A stretch of DNA of 21,122 nucleotides from Vulcanimicrobiota bacterium (GTDB taxonomy: Bacteria; Vulcanimicrobiota; Vulcanimicrobiia; Vulcanimicrobiales; Vulcanimicrobiaceae). The stretch covers positions 1-21,122 of the forward strand of contig PLCF01000051.1 of the NCBI GenBank assembly GCA_003135555.1, written 5' to 3'. The notes below the pieces were generated by a model, which was not told the DNA's origin, made no database searches, and saw nothing but the letters and a program-made list of their open reading frames with translations. Within the stretch, counting starts at the first letter, position 1. Each line of letters begins with the position of its first letter. The position numbers and the translations under genes were made by a program. Below, piece by piece: positions 1 through 9,418 of the stretch.

Positions 1-243
1 GACGGCGACGGCGACCGCATGCTCGCGGTCGACGAGAACGGCGCCGCGATCGACGGCGACCAGATCATCGCGATCCTCGCGCTCGACCAGGAGGTCGCCC
101 AGGTCGCCGTCACTGTGATGACCAACCTCGGCTTCCACGCGCTGATGCGCGAGCACGGCATCACCGTGCACACAACCGACGTCGGCGACCGCTACGTGCT
201 CGAGGCGCTGCTGCGCGAAGGCGCGCTCCTCGGCCGCGGGTAG
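1..243 (+). pseudogene. glmM: Internal fragment of phosphoglucosamine mutase, ending prematurely (probably an assembly chimera rather than a true pseudogene)
   Basis: Frame 1 reads DGDGDR (metal-binding loop)...VTVMTNLG...[10 protein letters not shown], typical of GlmM. Where GGEQSGH is expected it reads LLGRG-stop (TAG 241-243). Confidence 0.8.
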
Positions 244-462
244 CGCCTCGCCGTTGAGCGAGGGTGTCGTGACGACCACGACTTCCTTGCCGGTTTGCGC
301 ATTGAACGTCGAGACTTGTCCGTTGATCTGCGCGATCGCGGCATCCGAGAGCAGGTGCGCGTCGTCGAACACGTAGCTGCTGCGCGATGCGTTCGCGGGC
401 GCCAGGGTCGCCGCGGTGATCGTCAAGGCTGCGAGGGCAGCGAGCGCTGCCGGCGTTTTCAT
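205..462 (-). CDS. TPM-domain (YgcG/TLP18.3-like) exported protein, N-terminal part only
   Basis: Not in the ORF track because there is no stop before the window edge. From ATG at 462: [25 protein letters not shown] (signal peptide), then [56 protein letters not shown], matching the TPM pattern V.D.A.LL...TG.E..VVT..SL.G. Below ~205 the frame is simply antisense glmM. Confidence 0.75.
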
Positions 463-529
463 CGGTGGCTGATCCTCCGGTGTCCGAGTACCCGGGCCCG
501 ACCGGGAAGTTGCGAGGGGTGCTGCGGCG

Positions 530-646
530 TCAGTGGATGATCAGAATGACGCCGACCGACGTCAGAACGAAGATCGCGAGGGTGATCCAAGCAACGGCCC
601 GGGTGAAGATCTTGCCGGACTTGCGCCGGCGTCCGGGGGCTTTCAC
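530..646 (-). CDS. 38-aa single-pass membrane protein (DUF4044-like pattern)
   Basis: GTG overlaps the rsfS stop (GTGA). Translation MKAPGRRRKSGKIFTRAVAWITLAIFVLTSVGVILIIH: basic N-terminus plus a hydrophobic helix. Confidence 0.6.
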   Translation of the reverse strand: MKAPGRRRKSGKIFTRAVAWITLAIFVLTSVGVILIIH

Positions 647-987
647 CGGGCCTCAGCCCGTGCTTCTGCGACGCGGCCCCAAAGCCGCTCGAGGTTGTAG
701 AACTGGCGTTGCTCGGGGGTGAAGACGTGCGCGACCACGTGGCCCAGGTCGATGAGGATCCAGCCCCCGTCCGAGTGCCCTTCCAAGCGTGGGCGCAGCC
801 CGGCCGCCTGCGCGCTTTCGACGATCGCGTCGGCGATCGAGCGCGTCTGAATCGCCGAGCGGCCGGTGACGATGACGAACGAGTCGGCCACGATCGTCCG
901 GCCGGTGAGGTCGAGGATTTGGATGTCTTCGCCTTTCTTGTCCTCGGCGGCATCGCGCACGAGCGCGACCAGATCGAGCTCAGGCAG
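643..987 (-). CDS. rsfS: Ribosome silencing factor RsfS (Iojap)
   Basis: DKKGEDI..LDL, D.FVIVTG.S..Q, EG....WILIDLG.VVAHVF..E.R.FYNLERLW motifs. The first canonical start is GTG 960; CTG at 987 behind GGAGGAG is the likelier start. Confidence 0.95.
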   Translation of the reverse strand: MPELDLVALVRDAAEDKKGEDIQILDLTGRTIVADSFVIVTGRSAIQTRSIADAIVESAQAAGLRPRLEGHSDGGWILIDLGHVVAHVFTPEQRQFYNLERLWGRVAEARAEAR

Positions 988-1567
988 GGCGTCTCTCCTC
1001 CAGGGGTGTGATGATTCCGTAGTGCCGGGCCGCGGCCAGGGTCTGCGGGGCGAGGGCGCGGCCCGGGGTCAGGTGCGCGATCGACGACCGCAGCGTCGCG
1101 CGCATCGCCGCGTCGAGATCGCGGAACGCCAGCGCGGCCAGCGCGGCGCGAGCGTCGAAGTCGCGGCCGGGCTCCAGGCCGTCGGCGAGGTACACAACGG
1201 CGTCCAACGGGCTCATGACCGCATCCGCGAGCGTGTGTTTGCGGATCGCCGACAAGACCGCGGCGTCGGCGATGCCGAAACGCTCGCGGGCCAGCTCGGC
1301 GCCGAGCCGCGCGTGCAGCACGATCGGATTGGCGCGCTCGAACGCGTCGATCGGCAGCCCGCGCTCGGCGCATTCGCGCAGCAACCGCTCGGCCGGGTAC
1401 AGCCGCGCCAGATCGTGCAGCATCCCGGCGACCCGCGCGCGCAGCGCGTCGGCGCCGTGCGTGCGCGCGAGCCGGCCGGCCAGCCGTGCGACGCGTACGA
1501 CGTGCGCGAAGCGATGGGGCTGCGCGAGCTCCGCGCTCACCCGGCGGCAGATGCGCGCGAACTGCAA
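980..1567 (-). CDS. yqeK: HD-domain symmetrical Ap4A hydrolase YqeK
   Basis: RFAHVVRV, AGMLHDLAR, LHARLGA, AIRKHT, VYLADGLEPGR motifs; conserved position upstream of rsfS. Confidence 0.9.
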   Translation of the reverse strand: MQFARICRRVSAELAQPHRFAHVVRVARLAGRLARTHGADALRARVAGMLHDLARLYPAERLLRECAERGLPIDAFERANPIVLHARLGAELARERFGIADAAVLSAIRKHTLADAVMSPLDAVVYLADGLEPGRDFDARAALAALAFRDLDAAMRATLRSSIAHLTPGRALAPQTLAAARHYGIITPLEERRPA

Positions 1568-1596
1568 TCCCGTTAGCGCGAAAGCGGTATCCGGCG

Positions 1597-2298
1597 TCAG
1601 TGCCGTACCTCGCGCAGCACGCTCGCGCCGATCGAACGGCCGCCGAGCTTGGCCGGCGCGAATGCGTCTTGTGCCAAGCGCGTGACGAGCTGTTGGTCGA
1701 ACGCGGCGTCGTCGCTGGCGACGATGACCATGACCTTGCGCACGCTGCCGGTGCGGTCGAGGTCGAGTCGCAGCACGGTCGCACGATTGCCGTTGCCGTC
1801 GGGTACGCTGCTGTGCTTGAGCACGGGTGCGGTGAAGGGGAACGCGTTTTGCGTCGGGTGCGGGTCGGCGAGATACCCGAGCCGCAGCAGCGTCGCGCGG
1901 TCGCCCACCACGACATGGGTCAACTTCGACGAGGCGGGGTCGAACACGAGCACGATTCCGGAGTCGGCGTTGCGCCGAAAGACGCGGAAGCTGGGGCCTT
2001 CGGTCTCCGCGTCCGTCGCCAACTCGTCGCGCGCACCCAGCGACGTCGTGGTGCCGAAGGTGAAGGTGTGCGTCTTACCGTCGACGTCGACGGCGTACGT
2101 CGTCCCGAGTGGGAACGCGAGGTCGACGGCGTGGATCACGGCGTCGTCGTCGACGATCGCGGCGACGCTTGCGAGCGCGTCTCCGAAGACGACGTGCTGG
2201 CCGTCGTCGCGCGACGCGACCCAGGCCGGCGCGCCGTACGCGCGCACGAGCGTAGCGAGCGGACGATGCAGCAGGTCGACGGCGGGCGGGGCGATCAC
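1597..2298 (-). CDS. Hypothetical protein with C-terminal TonB-C-like domain
   Basis: GTG at 2298 overlaps the rimI stop (GTGA). The C-terminus VLRLDLDRTGSVRKVMVIVASDDAAFDQQLV...FAPAKLGGRSI fits the TonB C-terminal pattern. Confidence 0.6.
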   Translation of the reverse strand: MIAPPAVDLLHRPLATLVRAYGAPAWVASRDDGQHVVFGDALASVAAIVDDDAVIHAVDLAFPLGTTYAVDVDGKTHTFTFGTTTSLGARDELATDAETEGPSFRVFRRNADSGIVLVFDPASSKLTHVVVGDRATLLRLGYLADPHPTQNAFPFTAPVLKHSSVPDGNGNRATVLRLDLDRTGSVRKVMVIVASDDAAFDQQLVTRLAQDAFAPAKLGGRSIGASVLREVRH

Positions 2299-2867
2299 CC
2301 GGGAGGCGTCGCAGGACGCTGGGCGATCTCGGCGTCGAGCGCGGCGCGCAACGCGCGCAGGCGCGCGGCGTACAGCTCGCCCTTGAGGTTGCCGGCCCAC
2401 ATGACCAGCGCGTTCTCGCCGTTGTCGCTGTAGTATCCACGGCGCGTCGAGACGGTGGTGAATCCGTATTTTCGATACAGCCGTTGCGCGTAGTCGTTGG
2501 ACTCGCGCACCTCGAGCGTGATCCACGACGCGCCCTGCGTGATGGCCTCGTCGAGCAGCTTGAGCAGCATCTCCTCGCCCAGCTTGCGCCCGCGTTGATC
2601 GGGATGCACGGCGATAGTGGTGATGTGCGAGTCCTCGAGAATGACCCAGATGCCGCCGTAGGCCACGATGGCGTCACCGAGCCGACCGGTGAAGTAGTGC
2701 GCCAGCTTGTTGTCGCGAATCTCGTTCGAAAACGCGTTCGCCGGCCACGTCGTGGTGAACGACAGCGCCTCGATCTGCAGCACCGCCGTCAAATCCGCCT
2801 GTATCATCGGTTCGATGACCAGCGGCTCGGGCGCGCCCGCGCCAGCCGGATACAGTTCAGCTTTCAC
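2295..2867 (-). CDS. rimI: Ribosomal protein S18-alanine N-acetyltransferase
   Basis: IEALSF..W, HITTIAVHPDQRGRKLG, TLEVRESN..AQRLYRKYGF, RRGYYSDNGENALVM; GTG 2867 overlaps the tsaB stop. Confidence 0.93.
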   Translation of the reverse strand: MKAELYPAGAGAPEPLVIEPMIQADLTAVLQIEALSFTTTWPANAFSNEIRDNKLAHYFTGRLGDAIVAYGGIWVILEDSHITTIAVHPDQRGRKLGEEMLLKLLDEAITQGASWITLEVRESNDYAQRLYRKYGFTTVSTRRGYYSDNGENALVMWAGNLKGELYAARLRALRAALDAEIAQRPATPPG

Positions 2868-3508
2868 GATTTGCGCTGCGTGACCGCGGGCGATTCGCCG
2901 TAATCCGGGGCTAGGGCGTGCGGGGTTGGGCTCGGCGCGCGGGTGCGGGCGAGCTGGGCGATCGCGGCGGCGGGGACATCGGCCCGGGGCTGGAGCGCTC
3001 GCACGGTCCAGCCGCGTTCGGCGATCTCCGAGAACACGTCCTCCGTATTCCCGCCCACCTGCACGACGCCCGGTGCCCCGGTCAGCAATCGGTCGAGGAC
3101 TTCGGCGGTCCTCCCGCACGCTGTCGCCGCCCCGTCCGGGCGGCGCAGGCGCGCGCAGATGACCCCGCGGCGGCCGCGCACGGCGATCAGCACGGGGAGC
3201 GGGGGTTGGGCGGGCTCGAGGGCGTCGTACGACGAGATGCCCACCAGCGGCACGCCGCCGGCGTAGGCCAGCGCCTTGGCGTACGAGACCGCGATCCGCA
3301 CGCCGGTGAACGAGCCCGGCCCGACGCCGACGGCGATCCGGTCGAGGTCGCGCAACCGCAGCCCGGCCTCGGCGAGCAACGCGGCGATGCGGTCGAGGCC
3401 GCGTTCGAGCGCGTCCTGGCGCTCCGAGGCGGCAACCCGGCACCGCACGCCGTCGTCGACGGCCGCCGAGAAGCCGCCCAGGGCGGCATCGAGGGCCAGG
3501 ATCTTCAC
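2864..3508 (-). CDS. tsaB: tRNA t6A biosynthesis protein TsaB
   Basis: MKILALD...IAVGVGPGSFTGVRIAVS.AKALA...P.Y; GTG 3508 overlaps the tsaE stop. Confidence 0.93.
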   Translation of the reverse strand: MKILALDAALGGFSAAVDDGVRCRVAASERQDALERGLDRIAALLAEAGLRLRDLDRIAVGVGPGSFTGVRIAVSYAKALAYAGGVPLVGISSYDALEPAQPPLPVLIAVRGRRGVICARLRRPDGAATACGRTAEVLDRLLTGAPGVVQVGGNTEDVFSEIAERGWTVRALQPRADVPAAAIAQLARTRAPSPTPHALAPDYGESPAVTQRKS

Positions 3509-3954
3509 CGCGCGCCGAGCGGTCCCGGCCGGCGCGTGATGCTCACGCGGCGCGGCCCGTCGCCGGCCCCCTCGATCGCCACCTCGATCCGGCCGTCCGG
3601 AAGCCGGCCGCCGGCGCGCTCGGGCCACTCCACGAACGCGACGGCGGTGCCGGCGAAGGCGTCGTCGAGTCCCAGCTCGGGCCACTCCGCGGCCGGGTCC
3701 TCGAGGCGGTACAGGTCGATGTGCTCGACGGGGGGAGTCCCGTCGTAGCGCTGGCGGAACACGAAGGTTGGGCTGCTGACCGCTTCGTCGGAGCCGTGCA
3801 ACGCGCGCACGGCGGCGCGAACGAAGGTGGTCTTGCCGCTGCCCAGGGCGCCGCACAGTGCGACGATGTCGCCGGGGACCAGCGTCTGGGCGAAATCGGC
3901 CGCAAAAGCCTCGAAATCGGCGCGGTCGTCGAGGACGTCATCCTTTGAAGTCAG
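3505..3954 (-). CDS. tsaE: tRNA t6A biosynthesis ATPase TsaE
   Basis: The frame continues upstream of the ORF-track start: LVPGDIVALCGALGSGKTTFV (Walker A)...VSSPTF...HIDLYRL...VEWPER. The start is inferred at CTG 3954 or ATT 3957. Confidence 0.9.
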   Translation of the reverse strand: MTSKDDVLDDRADFEAFAADFAQTLVPGDIVALCGALGSGKTTFVRAAVRALHGSDEAVSSPTFVFRQRYDGTPPVEHIDLYRLEDPAAEWPELGLDDAFAGTAVAFVEWPERAGGRLPDGRIEVAIEGAGDGPRRVSITRRPGPLGAR

Positions 3955-3965
3955 AATGGTGTTTG

Positions 3966-4202
3966 GTGCTTCTGCGAACGAGTGACGTCCTCGTCGGGGT
4001 CATCGCCGGCGCCGTTTGCTCGGTGATCGCGGCGATCTTCGAAACCGTCGTCCTGACGGCGCGATTTTTCTCTTTGGGACGCATCGGCGGCGGGCTGGGA
4101 AGCAAGCTGCTGATCATCGCCGTCGTAGGAGCGATCGTCGGCGGAATCGTGGGGTTCCTGGTCGGCGCCATCTTCAAACAGCGCGAACCAAAACCTCGGT
4201 GA
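3966..4202 (+). CDS. Small hypothetical membrane protein (two predicted TM helices, Gly-rich)
   Basis: MLLRTSDVLVGVIAGAVCSVIAAIFETVVL...LLIIAVVGAIVGGIVGFLVGAIFKQREPKPR; start TTG 3963 or GTG 3966. Confidence 0.65.
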   Translation: MLLRTSDVLVGVIAGAVCSVIAAIFETVVLTARFFSLGRIGGGLGSKLLIIAVVGAIVGGIVGFLVGAIFKQREPKPR

Positions 4203-4298
4203 GGGCCGCCCGAATGCGGCCGCCGCGGCTCGACGCCGCCGGGCCTGCGCGCGTCCCGCGCTCGATTCTCGAAACGTCTTGAACCCTAGAAAGAACCT

Positions 4299-6896
<2,598 letters not shown>

Positions 6897-6903
6897 GCCG
6901 AGA

Positions 6904-7626
6904 CTAGGGTGGAGCGGCCTCGACGTAGTCGCCGACGTGCGGCGCGCGCGTCCCGACCACGGTCGCCTGAACGTACTTGCCTTCGGTCTCGAGGACGATC
7001 AGCTCGACGGGGTCGGCGTACCGCTTGGCGTCCGCGTCAGCGAAGACGCGCAGGACTTGGTTGATCGAGAATCGGCCGCCGTTTTCGAGCATCACGACGT
7101 CGTGGTCGATGCGGACGATGCGTGCCACGGATCCCAGAGCGAGCGGATCGCGCGCGAGCGCCGCCCGCGCGGCGCGCTCCCAGGTTCGCTCGGCGTTGAA
7201 TTCACGATCGCGCTCGGCCTCGGTTATCGGGTCACTCTCGATGCGGACCGTCTTGGTCGGCGACACGGCCCCCGTGAGGCAGTTGCGCACCGTGAAGCGC
7301 GCGATGCCGTACGCGCGGGACGTATCTTGCGCGAACCCCGGCAGCCGCATGGCGCGGTCGAAGGTCGCGAAGACAGCGTACATCGCATGATCGGCGCGGC
7401 AGCGCGCGTCGTCGGGCAGCGCGGTGCCGTCTTCGGCCGTTACGCTGCGCGCGCCGACGTACTCGAGGGCAAGTTTGCGCCACAGGCTCGCCGGCATGGT
7501 CGGCTGCGCGCTCTCGCTGACGTCGGTGACGATCAAGATGTGGTCCGATACCGGTGCGCGGGCCGGGGCGGTGCCAGGCGCGGTTGCACCGAGGATCAGG
7601 GCGGCAGCAAGCGTCAGCGGCAGCAA
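6904..7626 (-). CDS. Exported hypothetical protein
   Basis: 240-aa ORF filling the gap between gyrA and trxA, with a signal-peptide-like N-terminus MLPLTLAAALILGATAPG and normal composition. Confidence 0.7.
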   Translation of the reverse strand: MLPLTLAAALILGATAPGTAPARAPVSDHILIVTDVSESAQPTMPASLWRKLALEYVGARSVTAEDGTALPDDARCRADHAMYAVFATFDRAMRLPGFAQDTSRAYGIARFTVRNCLTGAVSPTKTVRIESDPITEAERDREFNAERTWERAARAALARDPLALGSVARIVRIDHDVVMLENGGRFSINQVLRVFADADAKRYADPVELIVLETEGKYVQATVVGTRAPHVGDYVEAAPP

Positions 7627-7710
7627 GCCCGGACCGTTCGACGCGGCCGGCGCCGAAACCGTCGCTCGGGCGCCGGGGTCGGAGTGGTCGGAGGTACGAA
7701 ACCCACAGCT

Positions 7711-8043
7711 ATGAGCGCACTGCCCGACGTCAGCGAGAGCACCTTTCCGACCCTGGTGCTCGGATCCGACAAGCCCGTCCTGGTCGACTTCTGGGCCCCC
7801 TGGTGCGGCCCGTGCCGGATGCTCTCACCGGTCGTGGAGAAGGTCGCCGGCCAAATGGGCGACCGGGTCAGCTTCGTCAAGCTGAACACCGACGAGAACC
7901 CCAGCGTCTCGGGGACCTACGGCATCTCGGGGATCCCGTGCTTGATCCTGTTCAAGGGCGGGCAAGCCGTCGACCGCATCGTCGGCTTCGTCCCCGAGCA
8001 GCACATCCGTCAGATGCTCGACAAGCATCTGGCCGCGGCGTGA
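7711..8043 (+). CDS. trxA: Thioredoxin
   Basis: PVLVDFWAPWCGPCRM...KLNTDEN...GIP.L..FKGG; ATG at 7711 with GGAGG upstream. Confidence 0.96.
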   Translation: MSALPDVSESTFPTLVLGSDKPVLVDFWAPWCGPCRMLSPVVEKVAGQMGDRVSFVKLNTDENPSVSGTYGISGIPCLILFKGGQAVDRIVGFVPEQHIRQMLDKHLAAA

Positions 8044-8046
8044 TCG

Positions 8047-9411
8047 CTGCCTGATCTGCGCGGCCTGCCGGCCGTCCACCGCATCCTCGACGAACCGCGC
8101 GTTGTGCGGTTCGTCGCGCTTTTGGGCGCATCGACCGTGAAGCGCCACGTCGACGCAGCGCTCGACGCCGCCCGAGCCGAGGAGCCGACGCCGCCGGCCG
8201 GCGCCGTCGTCGAGGACGTCCTGGCGCGCGCCTCCGCGGAGGCCCGGCGCGGGCTCGGGGAGGTTCTCAACGGCACGGGCATCCTGCTCCACACCAACCT
8301 CGGCCGCGCGCCGCTGGCCCGCGAGGCGCTCGACGCGATCGGGGACGCGACCGCCGGTGCCTCCAATCTGGAGTACGATCTCGACGCCGGTTCGCGGGGC
8401 TCGCGCTACGATCGGTTGGGGGCGCTGCTGCGCGCCGCAACCGGCGCCGAGGACGGCCTCGTCGTCAACAACTGCGCGGCTGCGGTCCTGCTGGTGCTCG
8501 ATACGTTCGCGCGCGCCCCCGACGGCTCGGCGCGTGAGGTGATCGTCGCACGCAATCAGCTCGTCGAGATCGGCGGCGGGTTCCGCTTGCCGGAGGTCTT
8601 GGCACGCAGCGGGTCGCGCCTGGTCGAGGTCGGCGCAACCAACAAGGTCCGAATCGGCGACTACGAGCGCGCGCTGGGCCCGAACACCGCGCTGCTGTTG
8701 CGCGCGCACCCGTCCAATTATCGCATCGAGGGCTTCGTCTCGGAGGTGTCGGGCGCGGAGCTCGTCGCGCTCGGCCGCCGCGCCGGGCTCCCGGTGGTCG
8801 AAGATCTTGGGAGCGGCGCGCTCCTCGATCTGCGCGCCTACGGTTTGCCGCGCGAGCGCACCGTGCAGGACGCCGTGGCGGACGGCATCGACCTGATCGC
8901 TTTCTCGGGCGACAAGCTTTTGGGTGGTCCCCAGGCCGGCATCATCGTCGGCCGCACCGCGCTCGTCAAACGCCTGCGCGCCAACCCGCTCTTGCGCGCG
9001 TTACGGATCGGCGCTCCGACAATCGCCGCGCTCGCCGCGACACTGCGCCTGCACCTCGATCCCGCCGGCCGCGAGCGCATCCCGTTCTACCTAATGCTCG
9101 CGACGCCGCTCGACGAGCTGCGCCTGCGCGCCGCGGCGCTGTGTGCGCAGTTGGAGGGTCTCGACGTGCGCATCGACGACGTGGCAGGCTACGTGGGCGG
9201 TGGTGCGCTGCCGCTTGCGCCGCTGAAATCGGTTGCCGTGGCTTGGCGCCCGGCGCGCGCCGACGCAAACGCGGCCGCGGCGCGACTGCGTGGCGGCGCG
9301 CCGCCCGTGGTGGCGCGCGTCGCAGGCGACCGCGTGCTGATCGACTTGCGCGCGATCCCGTCGCAACGCGACGGGGACGTGGCGGCGGCGCTCCGGGCCG
9401 CGGCGCCCTAA
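8047..9411 (+). CDS. selA: L-seryl-tRNA(Sec) selenium transferase
   Basis: NGTGILLHTNLGRAPL, SNLEYDL..G.RG.R, VVNNCAAAV, VEIGGGFRLPEV, EDLGSG, PLP-lysine motif FSGDKLLGGPQAG. The start is uncertain (CTG 8047 inferred; GTG 8104 is the first canonical start). Confidence 0.96.
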   Translation: MPDLRGLPAVHRILDEPRVVRFVALLGASTVKRHVDAALDAARAEEPTPPAGAVVEDVLARASAEARRGLGEVLNGTGILLHTNLGRAPLAREALDAIGDATAGASNLEYDLDAGSRGSRYDRLGALLRAATGAEDGLVVNNCAAAVLLVLDTFARAPDGSAREVIVARNQLVEIGGGFRLPEVLARSGSRLVEVGATNKVRIGDYERALGPNTALLLRAHPSNYRIEGFVSEVSGAELVALGRRAGLPVVEDLGSGALLDLRAYGLPRERTVQDAVADGIDLIAFSGDKLLGGPQAGIIVGRTALVKRLRANPLLRALRIGAPTIAALAATLRLHLDPAGRERIPFYLMLATPLDELRLRAAALCAQLEGLDVRIDDVAGYVGGGALPLAPLKSVAVAWRPARADANAAAARLRGGAPPVVARVAGDRVLIDLRAIPSQRDGDVAAALRAAAP

Positions 9412-9418
9412 CTCCGAC

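Noticed and set aside
459..1916. 485-aa Arg/Ala-rich ORF and the many similar overlapping ORFs (e.g. 10864-12288, 12718-14556, 13161-14489, 17702-18853)
   Set aside because: These are alternative frames over well-supported genes, and their composition reflects GC bias.
4204..4221. GGCCGC-N6-GCGGCC hairpin as a terminator
   Set aside because: There is no U-tract, and a short GC stem is expected by chance.
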